From contig VFJJ01000142.1 in NCBI GenBank assembly GCA_009886115.1, positions 1-59,093 on the forward strand: a DNA stretch of 59,093 nt, read 5' to 3'. Position numbers and translations under genes: made by a program. Within the stretch, counting starts at the first letter, position 1. Every line of letters starts with the position of its first letter. This DNA comes from Actinomycetota bacterium. GTDB lineage: Bacteria; Actinomycetota; Acidimicrobiia; IMCC26256; VFJJ01. Of the stretch, positions 29,437 to 38,807 are shown one piece after another. A model generated the notes under the pieces. It had not been told where the DNA came from and ran no database searches. It saw only the letters and a list, made by a program, of their open reading frames with translations.

Positions 29437-29610
29437 GTGACCGCCGACGCGTTCGAGGTCGTCGGCTCCCTCGAATCCGTGCTCGGCTACACGACGATCG
29501 AGGTGGTCGGCAAGCCCTTCGGCGTGCGGCAGCTCGCCAACGCGATCAGGGCCGCTCTCGATGCCGGCTCAGGCGTGAAGACGGCTGGCGACAGCCGGGA
29601 CCACCTCTGA
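29437..29610 (+). pseudogene. Possible remnant of a receiver-domain C-terminal half
   Basis: VTAD...VVGKPFGVRQLANAIRAAL fits the REC beta4-Thr and KPF-alpha5 pattern; no N-half or phospho-Asp. Confidence 0.4.
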
Positions 29611-30462
29611 GGCGAATCGTTCGATGGTCTCCACCGAGCCGAAGTCGGTGAACTGCAGCACGAACGCCTCGACGCCGGCCCGCACGTCGGCCGCGAGTTG
29701 GTCGGCGATCTCGGTCGGCGTGCCCACGATGAGCCCTCCCCAGTTCCCGAAGCGGCGCTCGGCGATACCGACCACCTCGTCGCGATCGGCCTTCCCCGCT
29801 GCGAGCCCGATCACCCGCTGCATCGAGATCCGGGCCCGGCCCGCCTGGGGCCTCAGCGCGTCGAGCTGGTCGATGCCGTAGCTCGGGACGTTCCACCAGT
29901 CGGCGAATCGCCCGACGAGGGGCATGGTGAGCTTGGCGCCGATCCCGCCGATCATCACGGGGATGCGGCCGTTGACGGGCACCGGTCGTTGCTGGGCCTG
30001 ACGGAGTTGGGTGAACTCGCCCTCGTAGTCGACGGGCTCCCCGGTGAACAACGCCTCGAGGATCTCGAGCGTCTCACGCAGACGTCGACTGCGCACGGCT
30101 GGAGGCTCGTCGTGGATGCCGAAGGTCGCGAGCTCGGCCGGGAACGACCCCCAGCCGATACCGAGGACGAACCGACCACCGCTCAGGTGGTCGATGGTGA
30201 CGGCCATCTTGGCCAGCAGCGCCGGATGGCGGAACTGGTTGCAGGCCACGGCATGTCCGATGGTGATGCGGGAGGTCTGCACCGCCAGCGCGGCGGCCAT
30301 CGTGAACCCCTCCAGGCAGTCGCCGCTCGAGAGCATGGGCGGCTGCAGATGGTCCATGAGCCAGATCGCATCGAACCCGGCCCGTTCGGCGGCGAGCGTG
30401 CGCTCGGCGAGGACCGTCGGGGACATCCGCATCTGTGGCAGGAACAGCCCGTATTCGGTCAT
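29569..30462 (-). CDS. LLM-class flavin-dependent oxidoreductase
   Basis: AERAGFDAIWLMDH, FRHPALLAKMAVTIDHLSGGRF.LGIGWG. Confidence 0.92.
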   Translation of the reverse strand: MTEYGLFLPQMRMSPTVLAERTLAAERAGFDAIWLMDHLQPPMLSSGDCLEGFTMAAALAVQTSRITIGHAVACNQFRHPALLAKMAVTIDHLSGGRFVLGIGWGSFPAELATFGIHDEPPAVRSRRLRETLEILEALFTGEPVDYEGEFTQLRQAQQRPVPVNGRIPVMIGGIGAKLTMPLVGRFADWWNVPSYGIDQLDALRPQAGRARISMQRVIGLAAGKADRDEVVGIAERRFGNWGGLIVGTPTEIADQLAADVRAGVEAFVLQFTDFGSVETIERFASEVVPAVASRLHA

Positions 30463-30521
30463 GGCCGGGACGCTATCCGGCCGAGGCCGGTCGCCGATTC
30501 TTCGCGCTTTCGCGCAAGCGT

Positions 30522-30554
30522 GGGCAGGACGGGCAGGACGGGCAGGACGGGCAG
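30522..30554. repeat. 9-bp tandem repeat (gggcaggac, 3 copies plus a partial)
   Basis: Read directly in the LLM-HelD spacer. Confidence 0.85.
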
Positions 30555-30565
30555 TCGGCTCGGCG

Positions 30566-32986
30566 TCAATCGAGGGGGCGGGGAAGCGGCGTCTCGTGGA
30601 CGAGGGCCAGGGTCCGGGTGGCCCTCGTGAGCGTGACGAAGAGCGCCCGGAGCCCGGCCAGGCCGTCGGACGGGTTGCCGGCGTCGACCTCGCGCACCAG
30701 TGCCGCCGGCTCGACCAGCACGACGGCGTCGAACTCCAGGCCCTTGACCTCGTCGGGCGAGAGCACGGCCACCGGGGCATCGAGGGCATCGGCCGAGGCG
30801 CCGACGGCTCCGACGTCGGCGAGCTCGTCGGTGATCGCCTCGCGCAGCTCGGCCGGGGCCACCACGGCGACGGTGCCCATCGGGTTGCCCTCGTCGCCAC
30901 CGGGATCAGCCAGCAAGCGGCGGACGATGCTCGAGGTGGCCGCGATGGCGTCGGTCGTGGCCACGATCCGGGGGAACTCACCCGTGGATCGGACGGCCAC
31001 CGTCGCAGCGACGTGGGGGGCGGCCACGGCCAGCACCCGGTTCGCGAAGTCGACGATCTCGGAGGGCGTCCGGTAGTTGACCGACAGCAAGACCGTGCGC
31101 CCCTGCCGACGTTGCGGCAGGAACGAGGCCACCTGGTCCCACGAGCGACACGCCCCGGGCCTCGACGCCTGACCGAAGTCACCAACGAGCGTGAAGGACC
31201 CCGACGGGCATCGCCGGGCGAGCATGCGCCATTGCATCGGCGTGAGGTCCTGCGCCTCGTCGACGATGACGTGGCCGAACTCTCGGGGCTCGTCGGGATT
31301 GATCGTCGTGCCGTCGTCATCGTTGGGACGTCGCGGCTTCGGGGCCTTGAACAGCCGAGCTGACGACCGGGGTCCGAGTGGGACGGTCAGCTCGTCGAGC
31401 AGCACCGTGTCGGCTTCGCTCCAGAGGGCATCGGCCCAGGTCTCGTCGGCCCGGCGGTCGCGCCGCAGCATCGCCTGCTCGGCCTCGCTCAGGATGCCGT
31501 CGGCTGCACGCCTCATCAGCGTGGGCAGGCTGAAGAGCGCGTACAGGAGCTCGGCCGGCTCCAGGTCGGGCCACATGCGAAAGAGCGCTTCACGGACCTC
31601 GGGAGTTCGCAACACCTCGTGGGCGAACTCGTCGCGGTACCAGCCCGGGACCTCGCCGCTCGCCATGGCCGTGAGGGCCTCGCGGTACGACCCGGGGATC
31701 GGCTCGTGCGATCGGCGGGCTGCGGCGATCGAGACGACATTGTCGACCGGTCCCGATCCAGGGCCGGCGTTCGCGCCGGCGCTCGCGGCCGCGCTCGGCG
31801 GGTCCTTCGGGGGGAGCGGTTCGTCGGGGAAGAGCTCGTCGGCGAAGGGATCGTCGTCGCCGGTGCGCCCGGCGAGTCCCAGGCGGACCTCGCGGGCCGC
31901 GGCGGCGCGGTGCTGGTCGAGCAGCGTGTCGACGATCCGCTGCGCGACCGCCGAGCGTCGTTCGTTGTGCGAGCCCTTCATCTTCCTGACCCGGTTGACG
32001 ATCCGGGCCGAGTCATCGACGCTGAGGCGCAGGGAATGACCTCGCCAACGCAGCACCATCGCCCTGGGCAGGGGCCGTTGGCGGTCGGCGAGCGCCCGGC
32101 TCAGCACCCGAGCCATGCGGGCGTCGCCCTTGAGCGCGGTGACCTGGGGCACGTCGGTGCGTGACGCCACCGATGGCCGTCGGATCGGACGGCCGGTCGA
32201 TGCCATCCCCGAGGGTGTCGAGAGCACCACGCCGTCCTCGCCGAGCGACGGGAGCACGTTGGAGATGTAGCGCAGGAACATGCGATTGGGCCCCACCACC
32301 AGGACGCCCGTCCCGGCCAGCGCCTGGCGATGGGTGTACAGCAGATACGCGGCCCGGTGCAGCGCCACGGCCGTCTTGCCCGTTCCGGGCCCACCCTGGA
32401 CGACCAGCACACCCGGGAGGGGGGCTCTGATCGCCTCATCCTGCTCGGCTTGGATCGTACCGACGATGTCGCCCATCCGACCGGTTCGTGACCGGGCCAG
32501 GGAAGCGAGCAGTGCGCCTTCGCCGACGAGGTGCAGGCCGGCCGCGTCGGATGCGTCGAAGTCGAAGACCTCGTCGTCGACGCCGATGAGCGTGCGGCTC
32601 CGGGCGTGGAAGTGCCGACGCCGGGCCACGCCCATGGGATCGACCGCGGTGGCCCGGTAGAACGGCGCCGAGGCGGGAGCTCGCCAGTCGAGGACGAACG
32701 GCTCCTGATCGGGCGTGGTGACCGCGACCCGTCCGACGTAGTGCAGGCGCCCGTCGCGGTGGTCGAGACGTCCGAAGCAGAGCTGGGCGTCGCCGAAGGT
32801 GAGCTGGGCGAGGCGTTGGTGCGCATGGGCGACCGCGACATCGCGTTCGTACATCGACTGCATGTGTGAGCCAACGCCCTGGTGCTGTTCGACCATGGCC
32901 ACGGCGGCGCGTCGGGCGTCTTCGAGGTAGGCGTAGGCCTGATCGAGGCGCTGCTGCTCGGCCTCGAGCTCGGGATGGTTGACCAC
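30566..32986 (-). CDS. helD: RNA polymerase recycling helicase-like motor HelD (actinobacterial type)
   Basis: LCFGRLD, DWRAP, IQAEQDEAIR, QGGPGTGKTAVALHRAAYLLY, VDEAQD, GDFGQ, NYRTP, KGLEFD. Confidence 0.9.
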   Translation of the reverse strand: MVNHPELEAEQQRLDQAYAYLEDARRAAVAMVEQHQGVGSHMQSMYERDVAVAHAHQRLAQLTFGDAQLCFGRLDHRDGRLHYVGRVAVTTPDQEPFVLDWRAPASAPFYRATAVDPMGVARRRHFHARSRTLIGVDDEVFDFDASDAAGLHLVGEGALLASLARSRTGRMGDIVGTIQAEQDEAIRAPLPGVLVVQGGPGTGKTAVALHRAAYLLYTHRQALAGTGVLVVGPNRMFLRYISNVLPSLGEDGVVLSTPSGMASTGRPIRRPSVASRTDVPQVTALKGDARMARVLSRALADRQRPLPRAMVLRWRGHSLRLSVDDSARIVNRVRKMKGSHNERRSAVAQRIVDTLLDQHRAAAAREVRLGLAGRTGDDDPFADELFPDEPLPPKDPPSAAASAGANAGPGSGPVDNVVSIAAARRSHEPIPGSYREALTAMASGEVPGWYRDEFAHEVLRTPEVREALFRMWPDLEPAELLYALFSLPTLMRRAADGILSEAEQAMLRRDRRADETWADALWSEADTVLLDELTVPLGPRSSARLFKAPKPRRPNDDDGTTINPDEPREFGHVIVDEAQDLTPMQWRMLARRCPSGSFTLVGDFGQASRPGACRSWDQVASFLPQRRQGRTVLLSVNYRTPSEIVDFANRVLAVAAPHVAATVAVRSTGEFPRIVATTDAIAATSSIVRRLLADPGGDEGNPMGTVAVVAPAELREAITDELADVGAVGASADALDAPVAVLSPDEVKGLEFDAVVLVEPAALVREVDAGNPSDGLAGLRALFVTLTRATRTLALVHETPLPRPLD

Positions 32987-33174
32987 GGGTCGATGGCTCC
33001 TGGGGGAACGGCGGCCGTCCATCGTGGCACGTCCGAGCGTGGCGGGCGCAACGAGGCTCGGGCGGACCCATCCCGTCGGCACGCGAAGGCGCCGGGAAGG
33101 GTGCCATGATGGCGCGATGCGGCAGGTCGCCCGACGAGCGGACGAGCCCGTCGGCTCTGGAGGAGGGTGCTCGG

Positions 33175-34836
33175 ATGAGCGCTGACATCGTGATCAAGGG
33201 CGGCACGGTCGTCGACGGCACGGGGGCCCCGGGCTACCGGGCCGACGTGGCGATCACCGGTGAACGGATCACCGGCATCGGCGACAACCTCACGGGAACC
33301 CGGGAGCTCGATGCGTCCGGTCAGATCGTCGCCCCCGGGTTCATCGACATCCACACCCACTACGACGCCCAGGTCTTCTGGGACCCGGCGCTCACCCCTT
33401 CGTGCTTCCACGGGGTCACGACGGTCGTCGCGGGGAACTGCGGGTTCTCGATCGCCCCGACCCGGCCCGAGCACCGCGACCTCATCGCCCGGACCCTCGA
33501 GAACGTCGAGGACATGAACGTCGCGTCGCTCGCCGCCGGGATCCCGTGGGATTTCGAGACCTTCCCCGAGTACCTGGCCTCGGTGCGTCGGCGCGGCACC
33601 GTCCTCAACTACGGCGCCTATGTCGGCCACACCGCCCTGCGCCTGTTCGTGATGGGCTTCGACGCCTACGAGCGGGCGGCCACGGCCGAGGAGGTCGAGA
33701 GCCTCTGTCGCGTCGTGGGTGAGTCGATGGATGCCGGGGCCTGCGGCATCGCAACCACGTTCGCGATCACCCACCGGGGTGTCGACGGCCTCCCCGTCCC
33801 CAGCCGCCACGCCGAGCTCTCGGAGTTCGAGGCCATGTGCCGGGTGCTGGCCGACAAGGGCAAGGGCGTCATCGAGGTGACGCCCGGCCAGCAACTGAGC
33901 ATCGCCGCTATCTACGACTTCCAGCGCCGTATCGGTCGGCCGGTCACCTACACGGCCCTGTTGACCTTCCCGGGGTTTCGCGACCACGCCGAGCTCAACG
34001 TGAGGGAATGGGCCACGGGCGCCGAGGTCTGGCCCCAGGTCTCGCCGCGGCCGCTGATGTTCTCGATGACCATGGCCGATCCCTTCACGCTCAACACCTC
34101 GCCGGTGTTCGCCGAGCTCATGGGGCGCCCACGAGCAGAGCGGGTCGCGGCCTACGCCGACCAGACCTGGCGCGATCGGGCGCTGGCGAGCCTGCAGCCG
34201 GGCGTCGCCATGGCCCCACGCTGGCACACCTACACGGTCATGGAGTCGGCGACGCGGCCCGAGCTCGAGGGCCGCATGGTCGAGGACCTCGCCGGCGAGT
34301 GGAGCTGCAGCCCCCTCGACGTGGTGTGCCGCATCGCCGTCGACGACGCACTCGAGACGCGGGTGCGTTCCACGGTCGCCAACGACGACATGGACGGCAT
34401 CGACTACCTGCTCAACCAGGAGCACTGCACGCTCGGGCTCTCCGACGCCGGCGCGCACGTCAGCCAGCTCTGCGACGCGCCCCAGGCCACCGACTTGTTG
34501 GGTAACTGGGTGCGAGACCGGGGGGCGTTGTCGGTCGAGTCGGCCGTCCGCAAGCTCTCGGGCCAGCAGGCCGACATCTTCGGCTTCGCCGACCGGGGCT
34601 ATCTGCGATCGGGTGCCTTTGCCGACGTCGCCGTGTTCGACCTCGAGACGGTGGCACCCGGCCCGCTGCGCCGGGTGCGTGACTTCCCGGCCGACGCCGA
34701 TCGGCTCACCGCCGACCAGCCCAGCGGCATGGTGCACGTGCTCGTGAACGGCACGCCCATCCAGGTCGACGGGCACTCGATGATCGAGCAGGTCGCTGCC
34801 GAGCGGCGTCCCGGTCACGTCGTCAGCCCGGCCTGA
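33175..34836 (+). CDS. N-acyl-D-amino-acid deacylase family amidohydrolase
   Basis: GTVVDGTG, PGFIDIHTHYDAQ, GNCG, SDAGAH; strong GGAGGAGG RBS. Confidence 0.92.
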   Translation: MSADIVIKGGTVVDGTGAPGYRADVAITGERITGIGDNLTGTRELDASGQIVAPGFIDIHTHYDAQVFWDPALTPSCFHGVTTVVAGNCGFSIAPTRPEHRDLIARTLENVEDMNVASLAAGIPWDFETFPEYLASVRRRGTVLNYGAYVGHTALRLFVMGFDAYERAATAEEVESLCRVVGESMDAGACGIATTFAITHRGVDGLPVPSRHAELSEFEAMCRVLADKGKGVIEVTPGQQLSIAAIYDFQRRIGRPVTYTALLTFPGFRDHAELNVREWATGAEVWPQVSPRPLMFSMTMADPFTLNTSPVFAELMGRPRAERVAAYADQTWRDRALASLQPGVAMAPRWHTYTVMESATRPELEGRMVEDLAGEWSCSPLDVVCRIAVDDALETRVRSTVANDDMDGIDYLLNQEHCTLGLSDAGAHVSQLCDAPQATDLLGNWVRDRGALSVESAVRKLSGQQADIFGFADRGYLRSGAFADVAVFDLETVAPGPLRRVRDFPADADRLTADQPSGMVHVLVNGTPIQVDGHSMIEQVAAERRPGHVVSPA

Positions 34837-34885
34837 GCGAGCTCCGCCCACCCGCGCCGCGCGTGCCGACGGTCATGGAGCCGGG

Positions 34886-35836
34886 GTGAGGGTCGTCGTA
34901 CACCTTGCTGGCAACGGGATCGAGCGCGTCCGGCACGCGCTCGACGGGGCCGGGGTGTCCATGACCGAGGTCGAGCTGATCCCGGTCGATCCCGACGGGC
35001 CGGTGCCGGCGGGGATCGAGGCCGACGCGCTCCTCACGACGGCGATCGGTGGCGCCAACCTGGCCGAGGTCCTCGACGCGTCGGGCGTCGGCTGGGTCCA
35101 CGCTGTGGGCACCGGGGTCGACGGCTTCCCGCTCGAGCTGGTCGGCGATCGGGTCCTCACGTGCTCACGGGGCGCGTCGGCCGTGCCGATCGCCGAGTGG
35201 GTGTTGGCGGTCATGCTGGCCTTCGAGCAGCGACTCCCCGAGATGTGGCTCGCCGAGCCGCCTCGCCGCTGGCACTTCGCCGATCTCGGAGGGTTACGCG
35301 GGAAGACGTTGGGGCTCGTGGGTCTGGGCGGAATCGGCGCCGCCGTCGCCGAGCGGGCCCGGCCCTTCGGCTTGCGGATCGTCGCCCTGCGCCGCACGTC
35401 GGCGCCTAGCCCCGTCGCCGGTGTCGAGATCGCCGCCGATCTCGACGCCGTCCTCTCGGTCGCCGACCACCTGGTGCTCGCGGCCCCGGCCACGGGAGCC
35501 ACGCACCACCTGATCGACGGCGCCGCTCTGGCCCGGGTGAAGCCTGGCGTGCACCTCGTCAACATCGCCCGGGGCGCACTCGTCGACCAGGACGCGTTGC
35601 GGCTGGCTCTCGACGATGGTCGCGTCGCGATGGCGTCGCTCGACACGGTGACCCCCGAGCCCCTTCCGGCTGGGCACTGGATGTTCAGCCATCCTCGGGT
35701 GCGGGTGTCGGCCCACGTCTCGTGGTGCTCCCCCGAGATGCTCAGCGGGCTGTACCACGGCTTCGTCGCGAACCTCGGCCACCGGATCGCCGGCCGTCCC
35801 TTGGAGGGGATCGTCGACGTCGCCGCCGGGTACTGA
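34886..35836 (+). CDS. D-2-hydroxyacid dehydrogenase family protein
   Basis: GLVGLGGIG, VNIARG, D...PEPLP, SAH. Confidence 0.9.
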   Translation: MRVVVHLAGNGIERVRHALDGAGVSMTEVELIPVDPDGPVPAGIEADALLTTAIGGANLAEVLDASGVGWVHAVGTGVDGFPLELVGDRVLTCSRGASAVPIAEWVLAVMLAFEQRLPEMWLAEPPRRWHFADLGGLRGKTLGLVGLGGIGAAVAERARPFGLRIVALRRTSAPSPVAGVEIAADLDAVLSVADHLVLAAPATGATHHLIDGAALARVKPGVHLVNIARGALVDQDALRLALDDGRVAMASLDTVTPEPLPAGHWMFSHPRVRVSAHVSWCSPEMLSGLYHGFVANLGHRIAGRPLEGIVDVAAGY

Positions 35837-35921
35837 GCTGCGGTTCGCGGGCTGCGGCCGGTGACCCGCCGGGATGAGCGCGGGTCGGCGCCGCGATCTC
35901 GGATCGTTAGGCTGATCGGCG

Positions 35922-37106
35922 ATGAGCGAACCGTCGGCCCCGCCGGGCTACCACCCTGATCCCTGGTCGCCCGAGAACCTGCGGTGGTGGGACGGCGAGC
36001 GCTGGAGCGAGTCGACGATCCCGAAGCTCCCGGCCCTCCCCGGTGTCGCGGGTGAATCCTCCGTCCCACCGGCGCCGACCGTTCCTGGGGTCTCGGTCCC
36101 GGCCCCGCCCGAGACGGTCGGCGACGTCCTTCCGGCGTTCCCCCGGGCGGTCGCTGCCGATCCGGTCGGCGAGACGGCGCCCGCGGGATTGGCCTGGTCC
36201 GACGACCTCGCCCCGGCGCCATCACCCGGGGGTTCTCCGCGGTCGCGGCTGCGGGCGCCCCTGGTCGTCGCGGTCGTCGCGGTGGTCGTGCTCGTGTTCG
36301 GCGGTGTCGCGGTGCTCGCGCTGGGGGGCGACGACGACTCGACGGCGCTCGAGCCGGCGTCGTCGACCGCGTCGTCGATTTCGCCTTCGACCCCGTCGTC
36401 GTCATCGGGCGGGGCCGACGGCACATCAGGGCCGGCGTCAGCTCCCGCGACCAGCAGCCCCGGTTCGCCGTCACCGACGTCTGTCGTGTCACCGGCGAGC
36501 GGGTCCTCCGGGCCTTCCGGTTCCTCCGGGTCCTCCACGCCAGCTCCGACGGCCGGTTCCACCGCTCCGGGGGCGACCGCTGCGACCCCAGCTCCCACGG
36601 CGACGGGTCCCGTGCCGTCGGATCCCGCGCCTGCGCCGCCCCCGGTCGTGGGTCTCGGCGGGGCGTTCGGCGATCCCCTCGGGAATTTCCGTCTCGTCAC
36701 CGGACCGGCGTGGGAGCTCATCGTCGAGAGCGGTGAACTGGCCTCGAGCTGGTTCGTCGGTCCGTCCGTCGGGGGCCTGCGCGAGAACGTCAACGTGGTC
36801 ACCGAGACGCTGACGTCACCCGGCGTCACGGTCGAGGTCTACCTCGATGCGGCGATCGCGCAGCTCGACCGCGGCCAGCCCGATCTCGACGTGGTCGACC
36901 GGAGGAGCGTCACGCTCGTCTCGGGGGCCGTGGGGGGACGGGTCGAGTACGGCGGCTCCATCAACGACGTCGACGTCCGCATCGTGCAGATCGTGGCCAT
37001 CGGCTCGGGCAAGGCCGTCGTGGCCACCTTCACCGCCACACCGTCGCGATTCGACTCGACCCTCACCCAGGTCGAGCCGTTCCTCCTCACGCTCGAGGTG
37101 GTGTGA
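35922..37106 (+). CDS. DUF2510-domain membrane protein
   Basis: PGYHPDPW...LRWWDGERWS N-terminus, one TM segment, Ser/Pro/Thr linker, C-terminal domain resembling PsbP/DcrB (ENVNV). Confidence 0.82.
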   Translation: MSEPSAPPGYHPDPWSPENLRWWDGERWSESTIPKLPALPGVAGESSVPPAPTVPGVSVPAPPETVGDVLPAFPRAVAADPVGETAPAGLAWSDDLAPAPSPGGSPRSRLRAPLVVAVVAVVVLVFGGVAVLALGGDDDSTALEPASSTASSISPSTPSSSSGGADGTSGPASAPATSSPGSPSPTSVVSPASGSSGPSGSSGSSTPAPTAGSTAPGATAATPAPTATGPVPSDPAPAPPPVVGLGGAFGDPLGNFRLVTGPAWELIVESGELASSWFVGPSVGGLRENVNVVTETLTSPGVTVEVYLDAAIAQLDRGQPDLDVVDRRSVTLVSGAVGGRVEYGGSINDVDVRIVQIVAIGSGKAVVATFTATPSRFDSTLTQVEPFLLTLEVV

Positions 37107-38299
37107 GCGCCGGCCTCCGCGACCGCGCGGCCATCGTCGGTATCGGCCAGACCGCCTTCGGCCGCAACCTCGGACGGTCGGAGCTCGACCTCGCCTGCGA
37201 GGCCATCATGGCCGCCTGCGCCGACGCCGGGGTTCCCGTGGGCTCGATCGACGGGCTCGTGTCGTACGACATCGAGCAGGTCGCGGCCTGGCACCTCGGC
37301 TCGACGCTCGGCCTCGACGGTCTCCGCTTCTTTTGCGGGACGCCGTCGGGCGGTGGCGGTGTGGCATCGACGGTGGGGCTGGCGACCATGGCGGTGGCGA
37401 CGGGCGCTGCCGAGCACGTCATCTGCTTCCGATCGCGGAATCGATCGAAGGCCGCGTCGTACGGCCCGGGGCACAACCAGGGAGGGCGTCCCTGGGAGAA
37501 GACCACCTCCGGTCTCGCCGATCTCCGCCAGTTCCACCATCCGTTCGGGATCGCCGCTCCGGTCCAGGAGATGGCTCTGATCGCCCGGCGTCACATGGGC
37601 GTCTTCGGCACCCGAGCCGAGCACTTCGGCATGCAAGCCGTGGCCCAGCGTCATCACGCCTCACTCAACCCGGCCGCCATCATGCGGGCCCCGCTCACCC
37701 TCGACGACTGGGCGAGCTCGCGGATGATCGCCGACCCCATCCGGCTCCCCGACTGCTCGCTCGAGAACGACGGCGCCGTCGCCGTGCTCGTCACCTCGGC
37801 CGAACGGGCCCGTGACCTGCGCCAGCCACCGGCCTACGTGCTCGGCGCCGCCCAGGGATATCACACCATCCACACCGAGCTGGCCGACACGTTCGCCCGG
37901 AGCGGCCTCTTCGGCGGACCGTCGACGATCGGTGGTCGGGCCATCGCCGAGCGACTCTTCGGCATGGCCGGGGTCGGCCCCGGCGACGTCGACGCGGCGA
38001 TGATCTTCGATCACTTCACCATGGCCGTCCCGCTCACGTTGGAGCAGTACGGCTTCTGTCCCATGGGCGAAGGCGGGCCGTTCATCGCCACCGGAGCGAC
38101 CCGTTGGCCCGAGGGGCGGCTCCCCGTCAACACCCACGGCGGCTCGAATGGTGAGGCCTTCGTGCACGGCTTCAACCATCTTCCCGAGGCGGTCAGACAG
38201 GTCAGGGGGACAGCCGTCAATCAGGTCGAGGGTTGCGAGATCGTGTTCGTCAACGGGGCCATCACCGACACCCACGGCGCGGTGTTGCTGCGATGCTGA
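37103..38299 (+). CDS. Ltp2-like thiolase-superfamily protein
   Basis: AAIVGIGQT, GGGG at the nucleophile elbow, DCSLENDG, FDHFT, NTHGG..GEAFVHG, VRQVRGTAVNQV. Confidence 0.92.
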   Translation: MSAGLRDRAAIVGIGQTAFGRNLGRSELDLACEAIMAACADAGVPVGSIDGLVSYDIEQVAAWHLGSTLGLDGLRFFCGTPSGGGGVASTVGLATMAVATGAAEHVICFRSRNRSKAASYGPGHNQGGRPWEKTTSGLADLRQFHHPFGIAAPVQEMALIARRHMGVFGTRAEHFGMQAVAQRHHASLNPAAIMRAPLTLDDWASSRMIADPIRLPDCSLENDGAVAVLVTSAERARDLRQPPAYVLGAAQGYHTIHTELADTFARSGLFGGPSTIGGRAIAERLFGMAGVGPGDVDAAMIFDHFTMAVPLTLEQYGFCPMGEGGPFIATGATRWPEGRLPVNTHGGSNGEAFVHGFNHLPEAVRQVRGTAVNQVEGCEIVFVNGAITDTHGAVLLRC

Positions 38300-38375
38300 T
38301 CGCAATGATTCCGGTCGGGCTGGTCGCCCCGGTTCCCTGTCCCCGTGGGGTGTGCAAGGTCCCGGTAGTCACATC

Positions 38376-38807
38376 ATGACTACCAAGCGGGTGTTTCCGT
38401 CCGAATTTCCGCGGCCCCTGCCCGGTACGGAGTTCTGGCCCTTCTGGGAGGCGTGTCGCCGCCGCGAGCTGCGCATCCAGCGCTGCCTCGAGTGCGGCGA
38501 GTTGCGGCACCATCCGCGGCCGTACTGCCCGGGCTGTCGGAGCCGCCGGTTCGAATGGGCGCTCATGAGCGGCCGCGCTCGTGTGGTGTCTTGGACGATC
38601 TGCCATCCGCCGGTGCTGCCTGCCTTCGCCGACCGGGTGCCGTATCAGGCGATCGTCGTCGAGCTCGAGGAGGGGCCGTTCCTCGTGAGCAACCTGATCG
38701 GCTGCGAGCTCGACGACCTGGCGTTCGATCTCCCGGTTCAGGTGTGCTTCGTCGACATCGACGACGAGCTCACCGTCCCCCAATTCGAAGTGATCCCCCG
38801 CCCCTGA
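38376..38807 (+). CDS. DUF35 Zn-ribbon/OB-fold protein
   Basis: PFWEA, CLEC, HPRPYCPGC, SGR, VELEEGP. Confidence 0.92.
   Translation: MTTKRVFPSEFPRPLPGTEFWPFWEACRRRELRIQRCLECGELRHHPRPYCPGCRSRRFEWALMSGRARVVSWTICHPPVLPAFADRVPYQAIVVELEEGPFLVSNLIGCELDDLAFDLPVQVCFVDIDDELTVPQFEVIPRP

Noticed and set aside
1..29610. One response regulator split by inversion between the palindromes at 259 and 29384
   Set aside because: The putative N-half (1-207) starts after its palindrome rather than ending at it, so the geometry does not fit, and its REC similarity is weak
32987..33174. Rifamycin-associated element upstream of helD (HelR call)
   Set aside because: No convincing palindrome of that type seen; a motif scan would settle it
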